64,000 nucleotides of DNA, from contig CAWHAA010000001.1 of the NCBI GenBank assembly GCA_963827275.1, positions 64,001-128,000 of the forward strand, in the 5' to 3' direction. The notes beneath the pieces were generated by a model that saw only the letters and a program-made list of their open reading frames with translations, ran no database searches and was not told the DNA's origin. Each line of letters starts with the position of its first letter. Position 1 is the stretch's first letter. The position numbers and the translations under genes are program-made. Origin of the DNA: an uncultured Spirochaetota bacterium (GTDB lineage: Bacteria; Spirochaetota; UBA4802; UBA5550). Of this stretch, positions 44,066 through 55,173 are shown one piece after another.

Positions 44066-47000
44066 ATGATACTTAGACCACTATGCGACATATTCCGGCA
44101 GACGGAGGAATTCGCTGCGCTCCGCACGGCCCTGAAAGACAGGGGGGCCGATGACGCCCCGGTGCTGATAGAAGGCATCGCGCCGTCTTCGTTCCCGCTG
44201 ATCGCCGCGTCCGCGTTCAACGACGACCCGCGGCAGACGATCGTCATCGCCGAAAACTACCAGAAGATGCACGATATGCACCTTGACCTGAGCGCGCTGG
44301 TTGACGAGCGCCTGCTGAACCTGTTCCCGCCCTGGGAGACCCTCCCCTACGAGTTCGTCTCCCCTCCCGAAACAACCGAGCGCGAGCGGATCACCGCACT
44401 CTACCGCATCATCAGGGGCGGGCCGGCGCTGGTGGTCACCACGGTAGAGGCCCTGATCAGGAAGGTGCCCCGCCGCGAATTCTTCGAAAAGAAAGGCGTG
44501 CTCCTCGAGGCGGGGGACGAGTACCCGTTCGATGACATCGTCGCGATGCTTGCCGCCTACGGCTACTCCCGGGAAAAGCGCGTGGAATCGTTCGGGCATT
44601 TCGCGGTCAAGGGGGGGATCATCGACATCTTCCCGCCCTCCCACGACGCGCCCCTGCGCCTCGATTTTTTCGGCGACAGGCTGGACTCGGTCAGGGAATT
44701 CAACCTTGAGAGCCAGGTCTCCAGTAAAAGCCTCCCCTCGGTCACCATCTACCCGCGGAAGGAGCTGGTGCTGTTCGGCACGGACCGGGAAAAGCTGTAC
44801 GCCATATTCAGGGAGGCGCGCGATAACGGGCTTGACCTGCCCGAAAGCATACTCGAGCAGATCGACGGCGGATCGCTGACGGACGCAACCGGCATGGAGG
44901 ACCTCTTCCCGATGGTCATGCCCGGCGACACGGTCCTCTCCTATCTGAGCGACGACGCGCGCATTATTCTGCTCGAGCCGGCCGAGCTCACCGCCCGCAG
45001 GAACCAGCTTGAAAAAACATTCCACGAGATGTACCGGAAAAAACACGCCGCCACCCTCTGCCTCCCGCCGGAGGAGCTCATCGACCCCGCCGCGCTCGAC
45101 GCGGCGCGCCGGCGGGCGATCTGCCTCCAGACCTTCACCGCCTCGCAGAACTCCCTGAAATGGCAGATGCGGAGCATCCCCAGCTTCCACGGCAGGATAA
45201 AGCAGGTCCGCGAGGAGGTCTCCCGGAGGATCGACGAGGGCTGGAAGGTGGTGGTCACCACGGGGTTCGAGGGACAGGCGCGCCGCCTCTCGGACCTCCT
45301 CTCGGAGTTCAACCCCGACAGCCGCTTCGAGGAATTCACCGACACCCCGGTGAACATACTCCTCTCCCCTTTGAAAGAGGGGATCGAAGTCGTCGCGGCG
45401 AAGCTGCTCGTCATATCCGACCACGAGATATTCGGGAAGAGCTACCGGAAGAAAAGGGAATTCAAGAAAAAGACCTCCCGCCCCATCGATTCGTTCCTCG
45501 ACCTGAAGCCCGGCGATTACGTGGTGCACATCAACCACGGCATCGGCATATTCAGGAAGATCGAGCGCATGACGGCCGGCGGCGTGGAGCGGGACTTCCT
45601 CCTCATCGAATATGCCGACGGGGACAAGCTCTACGTGTCCCTGGACCAGATCACCATGGTGCAGAAATACATCGGCCTCGAGGGAAGGAAGCCGCGCATC
45701 GACAACCTGGGGAAAAAATCCGCGTGGAACAGGATCAAGGAGAAGGTCAAGAAGTCGGTCGAGGAGATCGCGGCCGAGCTCATCAGGATATACTCGGCGC
45801 GGCGCGCGCTCAAGGGCTTCCAGTACCCGCCGGACACGCTCTGGCAGGAGGAGTTCGAGTCGCTCTTCGAGTACGAGGAGACGCCGGACCAGATCACCGC
45901 CATCGAGGACGTGAAGGACGACATGGAAAGCCCGCGCCCCATGGACCGGCTCATCTGCGGCGACGTGGGGTTCGGCAAGACCGAGGTGGCGATACGGGCC
46001 TCCTTCAAGGCGGTCATGGCCGGCAGGCAGGTGGCCGTGCTGGTGCCGACCACCGTGCTCGCGATGCAGCACTTCACCACCTTCACCCGGCGCTTCGCGA
46101 GCTACCCGATCGAGATCGAGATGGTATCGCGCTTCCGCACGCAGGCCGAGATCGCCCGGATCAAGGCCCGCCTCAAGGAGGGCGAGATCGACATCATCAT
46201 CGGCACGCACGCCCTCGTGGCCAAGGACGTGCTCGTCAAGAACCTGGGGCTCCTGATCATCGACGAGGAGCAGCGCTTCGGGGTGCGGCACAAGGAGCAG
46301 CTGAAGAAATTCCGCGAGCTGGTGGACGTCCTGACCCTGTCGGCGACGCCGATCCCGCGCACCCTCCACATGGCCATGGCGGGCATCCGGGACCTGTCGA
46401 TCATCCTCACCCCGCCGGAGAACCGGCAGTCAATCGAGACCTATGTGCTCGAGGAAAATCCGGACATCCTCAGGATGGCGATCATCAACGAGATCGAGCG
46501 CAGCGGGCAGGTCTTCTACGTGCACAACCGGGTGCAGACCATCGAGGAGCACGCCGCGATGCTGCGCGAGCTGGTGCCGGAAGCCACCTGCGCGGTCGCC
46601 CACGGCCAGATGAACGAGCATGAGCTGGAGGACGTCATGATCGATTTCCTGAACCGGAAATTCGACGTCCTGGTCAGCACCACCATCATCGAGTCCGGCC
46701 TGGACATGCCCAACGTGAACACCATCATCATCAACCGTGCCGACGCCTTCGGCCTCTCGCAGCTCTACCAGCTCAAGGGCCGCGTGGGCAGGTCGATGCG
46801 GAAGGCCTACGCCTATCTCTTTTACCCCAAGCACCGCGTCCTCACCGAGGAGGCGATGAAGCGCCTCCGCGTCATCGCGGAATATTCCGAGCTGGGGAGC
46901 GGCTTCAAGATCGCCATGAAGGACCTGGAGATCCGGGGCGCCGGCAACATCCTGGGGCTGGAACAGTCGGGCAACATCTTCGAGGTCGGCTTCGAGCTGT

Positions 47001-47497
47001 ACCTGCAGATGCTCGATGAATCGATACGCCACCTGAAGGGCGAGCCGGTCGCCGTCATGTTCCGCACTCCGCTGTTTTTAAAAACGGACTTTTACATCCC
47101 CGACGCCTACATCGCAGACGAAAAGCAGAAGATCGAATTTTACAAGAGGTTCGAATCGTGCGAGTCGCTCGAGGAAGTGGCGCAGGTCGAGAAGGAGATG
47201 ACCGACCGCTTCGGCCCCTGCCCCGACGAAGTGAGGGTCCTGATCGAGATCGAGCAGATACGGGCGATGGCGTCGCTCCTGGCGATCGACGAGATCCTGG
47301 AGGACTCGCGGTCGATACGGATCAGGATATCCGGCTCGTCGAAGGTGGATGTGAACGGCCTCGTCAGGCAGATGGCCGCGGACAGGCGGCTCAGCATAGA
47401 TCCCGGCGACCATGAAACGCTGATTTACGTGCCGGAATCGATGGATGCCAAAAAAAAGGTGCCGGGCCTCAAAAAATTGTTGCAACAATTGATGTGA
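44066..47497 (+). CDS. mfd: Transcription-repair coupling factor
   Basis: VVHINHGIG, CGDVGFGKTE, DEEQRFG, QLKGRVGR, DLEIRGAGNILG. Confidence 0.98.
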   Translation: MILRPLCDIFRQTEEFAALRTALKDRGADDAPVLIEGIAPSSFPLIAASAFNDDPRQTIVIAENYQKMHDMHLDLSALVDERLLNLFPPWETLPYEFVSPPETTERERITALYRIIRGGPALVVTTVEALIRKVPRREFFEKKGVLLEAGDEYPFDDIVAMLAAYGYSREKRVESFGHFAVKGGIIDIFPPSHDAPLRLDFFGDRLDSVREFNLESQVSSKSLPSVTIYPRKELVLFGTDREKLYAIFREARDNGLDLPESILEQIDGGSLTDATGMEDLFPMVMPGDTVLSYLSDDARIILLEPAELTARRNQLEKTFHEMYRKKHAATLCLPPEELIDPAALDAARRRAICLQTFTASQNSLKWQMRSIPSFHGRIKQVREEVSRRIDEGWKVVVTTGFEGQARRLSDLLSEFNPDSRFEEFTDTPVNILLSPLKEGIEVVAAKLLVISDHEIFGKSYRKKREFKKKTSRPIDSFLDLKPGDYVVHINHGIGIFRKIERMTAGGVERDFLLIEYADGDKLYVSLDQITMVQKYIGLEGRKPRIDNLGKKSAWNRIKEKVKKSVEEIAAELIRIYSARRALKGFQYPPDTLWQEEFESLFEYEETPDQITAIEDVKDDMESPRPMDRLICGDVGFGKTEVAIRASFKAVMAGRQVAVLVPTTVLAMQHFTTFTRRFASYPIEIEMVSRFRTQAEIARIKARLKEGEIDIIIGTHALVAKDVLVKNLGLLIIDEEQRFGVRHKEQLKKFRELVDVLTLSATPIPRTLHMAMAGIRDLSIILTPPENRQSIETYVLEENPDILRMAIINEIERSGQVFYVHNRVQTIEEHAAMLRELVPEATCAVAHGQMNEHELEDVMIDFLNRKFDVLVSTTIIESGLDMPNVNTIIINRADAFGLSQLYQLKGRVGRSMRKAYAYLFYPKHRVLTEEAMKRLRVIAEYSELGSGFKIAMKDLEIRGAGNILGLEQSGNIFEVGFELYLQMLDESIRHLKGEPVAVMFRTPLFLKTDFYIPDAYIADEKQKIEFYKRFESCESLEEVAQVEKEMTDRFGPCPDEVRVLIEIEQIRAMASLLAIDEILEDSRSIRIRISGSSKVDVNGLVRQMAADRRLSIDPGDHETLIYVPESMDAKKKVPGLKKLLQQLM

Positions 47498-47599
47498 TCG
47501 GTAATTTCTGCATCCTGTACAGGATTGTTCCGGCGTTGCCGTCAAATGACCACCGGACGCCGGGTTCCCCAATAAATTTCACGAACAAGGACCACTCCA

Positions 47600-48274
47600 A
47601 TGAAAAAATCTACCCTTGCGTTTGTCGCCATCTGCGCAATCGCCGCATCCCTGCTTACCTCCTGCAAAAAAGAGGGGGACGAGCTCGCTGTCAAGATAGA
47701 CAATGAAAAGATAACCATCAATGAATTCAACAACTACTACTACCTCTTCGCCAAGATGATGCTGAACATGGACAAGAAGGACGTGGACAAGATGGCGGCA
47801 AACCCTGAAATTGAAAACCATCCCACGCTCAATCTTTTGAACAAGAACAAGTTCATGGACTTCTTTGTGAGCAGGAAGCTCCTGTACATCAAGGCGTCGC
47901 AGGACGACTCGATAAACAAGGAAGAGATGGAAACGGTAGCGGAGCTTGCCAAGCTGCAGTTCGTATCGTCATACTACCTGAGCCAGAAGCTCAAGGACGA
48001 GATCAAGGTGACCGATGAGGATGTCAATGCGTTCTATGCCAGAAACAAGGACAAGCTCAAGGGCGTGCCGATGAACGACGAGGCGGTCAACTGGATGAAG
48101 CAGCAGGTATTCATGGAGAAGCTCGAGATGAAGTCGAACCAGTTCATTCTTGAGATCCTGGGAGAGATAAAGGTGAACAGGGAAGGCTTTAAAAAATACA
48201 TGAGCAAATCATCGAAAGAAAGCGCGGCCGCGGAACAGAAAGAAGAAGCGGCTGAAACTGAAAAAAAGAAATAA
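47600..48274 (+). CDS. Lipoprotein, SurA/PrsA N-terminal-like (LipL31-like)
   Basis: Lipobox LTS-C, KIDNEKITINEF, IKVTDEDVNAFY; follows mfd. Confidence 0.65.
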   Translation: MKKSTLAFVAICAIAASLLTSCKKEGDELAVKIDNEKITINEFNNYYYLFAKMMLNMDKKDVDKMAANPEIENHPTLNLLNKNKFMDFFVSRKLLYIKASQDDSINKEEMETVAELAKLQFVSSYYLSQKLKDEIKVTDEDVNAFYARNKDKLKGVPMNDEAVNWMKQQVFMEKLEMKSNQFILEILGEIKVNREGFKKYMSKSSKESAAAEQKEEAAETEKKK

Positions 48275-48370
48275 TCAGGGAGGGAATGCCTGTTTTTTGA
48301 AACAAATGCGCATTTGTTTCATCTAATTATATGATTGTATAATTAAATAAACCAGGCTATTCCATAATTA

Positions 48371-48985
48371 ATGAAACTTTCGAAAATAGCACTCTTATTG
48401 CTTGTTGCAGCGACGTTACTGGCACCGGGCTGCAGCGAAAATGACGACGACAACTTTTTCGCCGGGTATTCCAACCCTGGTGAATTCCGGCCGAAGGGCG
48501 TGGCCCCCGAAAAGGCATATACGTTTGCCAGCCTGGATGATTGCGCGGGCACGGCGTGCCAGGCGATATATTGCATCTGGTACGCGGGAGATCTTACCAG
48601 CACCTATATACCCACCGAGGGCGTCGCTGTTGAATACCAGGGCGCTTCAAACAGGTACCGGCTCATCCTGTCCCGGGTGCCGGGTACGCCATGGCAGATC
48701 ACCCTGGTCCAGAACGGCATACTCTACTCATACTATGGGACCGACATTCCCAACATAACCCTCACGGAACTGACAAGCGCGGTGGAAACACTGCCCGCCT
48801 ACACCTATGATCCGGACGGCACCCCCGCCAATGGAGACGAGGTGGTCTATGAGGCTTCCGGCATATTCCTGAAGCTTGTCCGGGTCGATTTTGCATCCAA
48901 TATAGTGCTGGAAACCGCGGACCGGTTGCAGAGCGTCACCATATCGGCGGGTGATTCCATTATCGCCCAGCATCATGGAATATAG
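48371..48985 (+). CDS. Hypothetical lipoprotein
   Basis: Lipobox-like LAPG-C. Confidence 0.65.
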   Translation: MKLSKIALLLLVAATLLAPGCSENDDDNFFAGYSNPGEFRPKGVAPEKAYTFASLDDCAGTACQAIYCIWYAGDLTSTYIPTEGVAVEYQGASNRYRLILSRVPGTPWQITLVQNGILYSYYGTDIPNITLTELTSAVETLPAYTYDPDGTPANGDEVVYEASGIFLKLVRVDFASNIVLETADRLQSVTISAGDSIIAQHHGI

Positions 48986-49016
48986 GAACAATTTCCCTTC
49001 ACCCCTTTTCGCGGCC

Positions 49017-49643
49017 ATGAGGACAACCGCACTGGCCTGCCTTGCAGTAATGCTGATTGCCTCATCCGGGCCTTCACTTTCAGCAAAGATCTACACGCGC
49101 ATCAATACAGACGGGTCGATAGATTACTACAACAAAAACGTGAGCGCGCGGCAGCGGCCCCGGGGCGCCGCCCGCGGCATATCCAGCAAGTACGACTCAA
49201 TGATAGAGACGATCGCGGAAAAGCACGGCGTGGACCCGAAGCTCGTCAAGTGCATCATCCGGGTGGAGTCTGACTTTAATCCGGAGGCCGTATCGCCGGC
49301 GGGCGCCATGGGGCTCATGCAGCTGATGAAGGAGACCGCCGACTATTACTCCCTGCGCGACCCCTTCGACCCCGCTGCGAACGTCGATGCCGGCATCCGC
49401 CACCTCAGGTCGCTGCTCTCTTATTTCAACAATGACGTCCCCCTGTCGCTGGCGGCCTACCATGCCGGCATCGGGAGGGTCAAAAAAAGGATGTCCCTCC
49501 CGCCCATCCAGGCGACAATCGATTACGTGAACGTCATCATGCAGCTCTATACCGGTGAAACTAAGAGTTACTCCGAAACAGCGGTCAGGAGGCTGTACCG
49601 GAGGGTGGAGCAGGACGGCACGATCGTGATTTACAGCAAGTAA
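49017..49643 (+). CDS. Lytic transglycosylase (SLT domain)
   Basis: IRVES, AVSPAGAMGLMQLM, AAYHAG. Confidence 0.93.
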   Translation: MRTTALACLAVMLIASSGPSLSAKIYTRINTDGSIDYYNKNVSARQRPRGAARGISSKYDSMIETIAEKHGVDPKLVKCIIRVESDFNPEAVSPAGAMGLMQLMKETADYYSLRDPFDPAANVDAGIRHLRSLLSYFNNDVPLSLAAYHAGIGRVKKRMSLPPIQATIDYVNVIMQLYTGETKSYSETAVRRLYRRVEQDGTIVIYSK

Positions 49644-49645
49644 TA

Positions 49646-50656
49646 TTATTTCACGAACGTCTGCCCGCCCCGCAGGTTGATGGTCCCGTTGTCGTCCAGC
49701 GACCTCATGATTGAAACGATCTTCGCCCTGCAGTCCTCCACCTCGGAGAGCCTGACGACGCCCATCGCATCGATGTCCGAGAGGATATCGGTGGCCCTGT
49801 TCTGGCTCATATTCCGCAAAAACTTGAAGCGTATCTCGTCAGTGGCGCCCTTGAGCGATTTTGCGAGGAGATGGTCGTCGCTTATGGTGTCGATGAGTAT
49901 GCGCACTTCCTGGTTGGTGAGGTTCTCGACATTTTCGAAGGTGAATATCTTTTCGCTGATCTGCCGGGACACGTTGGGCAGCGCGATCTCGAGGTCCTTC
50001 ATGATTGTCCGCTCTTCGTCCGCCGGCATGTGCTGGAGGATGCCGATGAGCGCGTCCAGGCCGCCGGCCGACAGGCCCTGGTTCTTGCTGCGGTACTCCT
50101 GGTATCTCTTCCTGATTGTCCGGACGATGCCCGCCACGGCCTCCGGCATCACCCGGTCCATTTTTGCCACGCGCACCGCGACGTCCTTGGCCTTGCCGCG
50201 CTCCAGCGATTTCATTATCGCCGCGGACTTCTCGGGCGCGAGAAACGACATGGCGACCGCGATCGTCTGCGGGTGCTCGTCTTTCAGAAACGAAACGAGG
50301 GCCTCGTCCTCGATCTCGTTCAGGGACGCGAACTCCTTGTCCACGTCGATATTGACGAACTTCGAGAGTATCTTTTCCGCCTTTTCATCGCCGAATGTCT
50401 TTGTCAATATCTGCCGCGCGGTGCCCTCGCCGCCCCTCAGCCGCCGTTTCTCCTTTTTCAGATCGATGAGGAACTGGCCGATCAGCTCTTCGCGCTCCCG
50501 GGGAGAGAGCCGGTCGATCTTCGCGATCTCGCGGGTGAGGACATCGATGCTCTCCTCGTCAAGGTGCTTCATGATGTCCGCCGCGACCCTGGGGCCGAGC
50601 GATACCATCAGCGCCGCAGCGCGCTCAACGCCGCTCAGGTCAAATACATCTTTCAT
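49646..50656 (-). CDS. fliG: Flagellar motor switch protein FliG paralogue
   Basis: LSGVERAAALMVSLG, EHPQTIAV, IFTFEN, FLRNMSQNRA, VRLSEVE. Confidence 0.92.
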   Translation of the reverse strand: MKDVFDLSGVERAAALMVSLGPRVAADIMKHLDEESIDVLTREIAKIDRLSPREREELIGQFLIDLKKEKRRLRGGEGTARQILTKTFGDEKAEKILSKFVNIDVDKEFASLNEIEDEALVSFLKDEHPQTIAVAMSFLAPEKSAAIMKSLERGKAKDVAVRVAKMDRVMPEAVAGIVRTIRKRYQEYRSKNQGLSAGGLDALIGILQHMPADEERTIMKDLEIALPNVSRQISEKIFTFENVENLTNQEVRILIDTISDDHLLAKSLKGATDEIRFKFLRNMSQNRATDILSDIDAMGVVRLSEVEDCRAKIVSIMRSLDDNGTINLRGGQTFVK

Positions 50657-51580
50657 GGGGCTTCCTGCTCCGGTTCATCCGCCGCGTTGCGGCTTTTATT
50701 CAGCGACCCTTTGTATTTCTTCGAGCGCGCAAGGGGGTTGATGACCGGCACCGGGCACACCTCAACGCACCGGTAGCACTGTATGCAGCGGTCATAATTG
50801 ATGCGCGCAAGGAAATTATCGACCTTGATCGCCAGCTCGATGGCCGCCGGGTCTTCGTTCGGATATTTTTCGGCAAGCGCCCCGCGGCACGCCTTTTCGC
50901 ACAGCTTGCAGGCGATGCAGCCGACGGAGCAGCCCTGCTTCATCTCCCGGGGCGGGCTCCTCGTTATTGCACATCACGTAAATGTCATTCGGCTCAGGGG
51001 AGAGGATGATGATGCCGCGGGGACAGGCCTTGACGCAGAGGCCGCAGCCGGTGCAGAGCGCCAGGTCCACGTCCGGAAGCCCGTTCGCGTTCATGGTGAT
51101 GGCGCCGAAGGGACAGGCGCGCTCGCAGTCGCCGAAGCCGAGGCAGCCGTACCGGCAGGTCTTGTATCCGCCCATGACGCCGTCCGCCGCGGCGCAGTCA
51201 CGCGGCCCCTGGTAGGAAAAGCGCGCGGTCGTTTCCGCGATGCCCCCGCGGCAGCGCACCCGGGCCCTGACGAGGGCCATCGCGCCGGCGCCGGCGACCC
51301 CCATGATCGCCGCGATCTTCGCCACCGTATCATTCCCGCCCACCGGGCACAGGTCGATGGCGTATTTTTCCTCGACGATGCGCGTCGCATACGCCGAGCA
51401 CCCCGGCATGCCGCAGGCGGCGCAGTTGGCGCCCGGCAGCGCTTCCAGTACCTTCTCAACGCGCGGGTCCGACCTTACCCGGAGCTTCAGGAACGCGACG
51501 GACAGGAGCAGGCCGAACGCGACGGCAAGCGCCGCCAGTACGGCTATGGATGCGGGGGAGGGAATTATCGTTTCTATCAT
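50653..51580 (-). CDS. rnfB: RnfB-type electron transport subunit B (frameshift near 50950)
   Basis: LPGANCAACGMPGC, GCLGFGDCERACP, CTGCGLCVKACP, CIACKLCEKAC, CIQCYRCVEVCP. Confidence 0.9.
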
Positions 51581-51628
51581 TTTTTTCGCGCAATGGTGAC
51601 GGTAACAGCGATTTTCCGCTTAAGGAGA

Positions 51629-51723
51629 CCGGAGCCGTCCCGTTGAGCCGGCGACAGCAACTCGCCGCTTCCGCCGGCTAAACATGATGCTTACAGAAGG
51701 CGGACGAGCGGGATGGCTCCCGG
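51629..51723. other. Structured intergenic element (nested stems), possible ncRNA or cis-regulator
   Basis: GGAGCCGTCCCGTT/AGCGGGATGGCTCC outer stem enclosing AGCCGGCG/CGCCGGCT. Confidence 0.45.
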
Positions 51724-51873
51724 CACCAAGATTAAATCGCAGCGATGCCGTTCAGACGGGATAAGGATAATTAATGCTTGAAAAAAATCAATTATTTATT
51801 TGAAACTGTATAATAAACAACATCGTGTACCGATGATGAACTATGACATGCGTTTTGCGCGGAGACCGGGGTA

Positions 51874-52530
51874 ATGCCGACTAAAGACATCAACAGGACC
51901 TATCAGACCGAGATTCTGACAGCGCTTAAAAACCGCAGTGATCTCGTCTTCATCTCCTACTCCGGCCTTGAAGTCACCGAGGAAAAAATCAAGTTCGCAC
52001 TCGCGAAGATCCTGGAGCGCTTCAGGAAAGAAGAGCTGTTCACGCCCATCGTGTCGTGCATCAAGGAGCTTATCGCCAACGCCACGAAGGCAAACGCGAA
52101 AATGATCCTCATCAACGAGGGCAAGATAAAGTATTCCGATGACTCAGTCGAGGTGGTAAAGCAGATACGGAGCGTCCTGAACGAGGAAGCCCTGCTGGAA
52201 TACGGGATCAAGGCGAAAAAAAACAATCTCTCGACCAGGATATACCTCAAGCTGCACGGCAACAACCTTATCATCGAGGTGATCAACAACGTGCCCCTCT
52301 CGGAGAAGGAGCAGAAAAAGATCAGCGAGCGCATCGAGGTATCGTCCAAGTACGACAATATCGCCGAATTCTACATGGAGAACCCGGACCCCGAAGCGGA
52401 GGGAATGGGGCTCGGGCTGTCGATGGTCGTCATACTTTTAAAGAACATCAACATATCCCATAAAAATTTTATCGTTACGACCGACAGCATTTCCAAGACC
52501 TACGCGACGATCCTGATCCCCCTGGTTTAA
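51874..52530 (+). CDS. Stand-alone HATPase-like protein
   Basis: ELIANATKAN (N box-like) and GMGLGL (G2 box-like). Confidence 0.6.
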   Translation: MPTKDINRTYQTEILTALKNRSDLVFISYSGLEVTEEKIKFALAKILERFRKEELFTPIVSCIKELIANATKANAKMILINEGKIKYSDDSVEVVKQIRSVLNEEALLEYGIKAKKNNLSTRIYLKLHGNNLIIEVINNVPLSEKEQKKISERIEVSSKYDNIAEFYMENPDPEAEGMGLGLSMVVILLKNINISHKNFIVTTDSISKTYATILIPLV

Positions 52531-53456
52531 ACGATCCGGTAAAATTCGCCCCGCCCGAGCCTGTCAACGGTAATCACGCCGCTCCCTGTCATTTCTTTCA
52601 GTGTCGCGACAAGCTCCCCCCGGTCCACGCTGAGGGCGAGGAGGAGGTCGTCCACCGTAGAAGGCCTTCTGCGCAGTATTGACAGGACCGACTTCTCCAT
52701 GTTGACAACGCGCGCATCCCCGCGGTCCCTCGGCGCCGGTTTCCCGATGACCTCGGTCTCCAGCGGGCTGAAAAAATCCCTGATGGCGAGCAATTCAGCG
52801 CTGTCCAGGGGCCGCACCCAGTCCTCGGCGCCGGGGCGGTCAAGGCTGTTGATCTGCACCCTGTCCGGCCGGATCGCCATGCATGCCTCCCTGAGCCTGG
52901 CCAGCTCGTCGGCGCTGTCATTGATACCCGGGACAATGAATATCTCGAGGTAGATCGTGCCGCGGAATTCCTTCCTGAACGCGGCGAGGCCCGCCACGGT
53001 TTTTTCCGGGGTGATGCCGGGCGCCGGCCTGCAGATCCGGGCGAAGGCCTCGCTGCCGGCGGCGTCCAGCGACGGAACGACGATATCGGCTTCCGCGATC
53101 GATTTCCGCACTTCCGGGTCATTGAGCATCGTGCCGTTGGTGAGCACCGCGATCCTGTACTGCGGATAGCGCTCCTTGAGATGACGAATTATTTCGCCGA
53201 TGCCGGCGTGCAGGGTCGGCTCCCCCGAGCCGGAAAAGGTGACCGCGTCAAGGCGCGGCGACCCGCCAAGGTACGAGTCCAGCTCGGCGATCACCTCGCC
53301 GGTGGGAACGTACTCGGCGATACGGGAAGTGAGCGCCGTGGTGCTGCCGCATTCGCAGTAGACGCAGTTGAGCGAGCAGGTCTTGTGGGGGACCAGGTCC
53401 ACCCCCAGGGAAATCCCCAGGCGGCGCGAATTGACGGGACCGAAAAGATACTTCAT
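52527..53456 (-). CDS. Radical SAM protein
   Basis: FGPVNSRRLGISLG, CSLNCVYC, SGSGEPTL. Confidence 0.92.
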   Translation of the reverse strand: MKYLFGPVNSRRLGISLGVDLVPHKTCSLNCVYCECGSTTALTSRIAEYVPTGEVIAELDSYLGGSPRLDAVTFSGSGEPTLHAGIGEIIRHLKERYPQYRIAVLTNGTMLNDPEVRKSIAEADIVVPSLDAAGSEAFARICRPAPGITPEKTVAGLAAFRKEFRGTIYLEIFIVPGINDSADELARLREACMAIRPDRVQINSLDRPGAEDWVRPLDSAELLAIRDFFSPLETEVIGKPAPRDRGDARVVNMEKSVLSILRRRPSTVDDLLLALSVDRGELVATLKEMTGSGVITVDRLGRGEFYRIV

Positions 53457-53472
53457 ACGGCCGCCCCGGGCA

Positions 53473-55173
53473 TCACCTGCGCTTCAGGAGACGGATCGTG
53501 ACGTCAAACGAGAGGTATGCGTCGTTCTTCTCGCCGATCACGGTAAGATCGGTCATCATGTTCACGATGCCGCTGATCTCCTTGTTCCGGTAGGAGTAGA
53601 GCATCAGGAGGGCGCCGAAAAAACTCTCCTTTTTCATGTGGGCAAGGCAGAATACATTTCCCCCCAGCCTGTTGAGCACGCTGTCCGCGGGCTGCGGTTT
53701 TGTAAGCTCTTTGCCCGCGAGCGCCATGCCGATCAGCTCCCTGTCGTTTCCCAGGTAGAGGCCGCGCCGGTCGTAGAGCATGTGGACCCTGTTGTTCTTT
53801 GAGTCCACATGCCAGAAGGAGCGCGCGCCGCCGATCATGTCCGTACCGAAGCGCTCCGTGCCCTTGAATTTTTCCCTGAGATAGGCCGAGGACTTTTCCC
53901 ATACGGCCCTGCCCTTCTCGGGATCGTTCATGGGGAGAAAGAAAAGGTATCCCCCGCCTCCACCCTTCGGCTCGCCCGCAATGATGTTCACGACGCCGCT
54001 GTGATACGGGACCACGTCCGTTTCAAAATCAATGCCGAGGTCCTCGCGCACCTCATCCTTGAATTTCGCGTAGTAGCCGCAGCCGGCGGCGGATTTCCGG
54101 CAAAGCTCCCCGATCTTGTCGAAGTCGAACGACACATACGCGTAGGTGCTCGCGTTAGTGACAAGGAGCGCCCGGTCGGAAACGCCGGTCCTGATAACGT
54201 CAAGGAACGTGTTCACGCTCCCGCTGGCGCCGTTGAAACGCGCCGCTATATCGATGGTCACCGCCGATGGCGTGACCGACGCCCCCAGGGAGACGTAATC
54301 CACCGCGTTAAAGGGGGACGGACCGGTCGTGAGCCGGTCAAGCTCGGACTTCATGGAAGGTTTTCCTCCCGCCGCGTCGGCGATGTACGCAACATCCATC
54401 AGCGCGGCCGCGCCCATCATGCCCGCGTCAGTCACCTTGTTTTGGCCTCCCTTCGGCTGCTCGCCCTCCGGCCGCGGACGGCGCTTCACCGCTTCTTTCA
54501 GATAATCCCTGGTGGCATAGGCCCGCAGGTCATAGTTCCTGCTTAACCGGGCGGAATAATCCATGTACTTCGGGTCGATAGCGAGATAGCCGGCGCTGTT
54601 CTCCTTCACGTCAATCACGCCCCGTATCAGCTCACCGGTGGACCCTATGATGAAGACGCCATCAATCGCCGTGGTGAAGATGTCCTTGTGGCTCTGGTAA
54701 ATCGGGCGGCCTTTATACTCGGTTATGGCGGGATACAGGTCAGCATTTTCGGCGTTGGCCATCTTCCTGAGAATCTCGACAAACTTGAGGGGAAAGATCT
54801 TGTCATCCATGACCGGGATGAACAGGAGCACCCGCTCCTCATTGCGCTTGCCCCTCGCGTATACCGCCACGCTCGCGGAACGGTCAACGTCGATGCCGGC
54901 CTTTTTCAACGCCTCGATGTCAAGGGGATCGATCCCCGTTTTGGTCCTGATATCGTCCCTCTTCTTGTTGAATTTCTCGACGTATTCACGGTGGAGAAGA
55001 TTTTCAGATACGAATTTCACTGACCCGACGAGGTTCTTGATGCGGGCGGTTTTCATGAACAAGATCGCCGACGAGGGGGTGATCGATTCAACGATATCAG
55101 CCCGGTCCTGGGTGTAGCCGCCGGTAACAAGCGCAAGAGACAGGACCAGCGCGAGGGGTACGATGTTTTTCAT
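53473..55173 (-). CDS. Exported hypothetical protein
   Basis: Signal peptide, GGAG RBS, 566 aa. Confidence 0.75.
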   Translation of the reverse strand: MKNIVPLALVLSLALVTGGYTQDRADIVESITPSSAILFMKTARIKNLVGSVKFVSENLLHREYVEKFNKKRDDIRTKTGIDPLDIEALKKAGIDVDRSASVAVYARGKRNEERVLLFIPVMDDKIFPLKFVEILRKMANAENADLYPAITEYKGRPIYQSHKDIFTTAIDGVFIIGSTGELIRGVIDVKENSAGYLAIDPKYMDYSARLSRNYDLRAYATRDYLKEAVKRRPRPEGEQPKGGQNKVTDAGMMGAAALMDVAYIADAAGGKPSMKSELDRLTTGPSPFNAVDYVSLGASVTPSAVTIDIAARFNGASGSVNTFLDVIRTGVSDRALLVTNASTYAYVSFDFDKIGELCRKSAAGCGYYAKFKDEVREDLGIDFETDVVPYHSGVVNIIAGEPKGGGGGYLFFLPMNDPEKGRAVWEKSSAYLREKFKGTERFGTDMIGGARSFWHVDSKNNRVHMLYDRRGLYLGNDRELIGMALAGKELTKPQPADSVLNRLGGNVFCLAHMKKESFFGALLMLYSYRNKEISGIVNMMTDLTVIGEKNDAYLSFDVTIRLLKRR

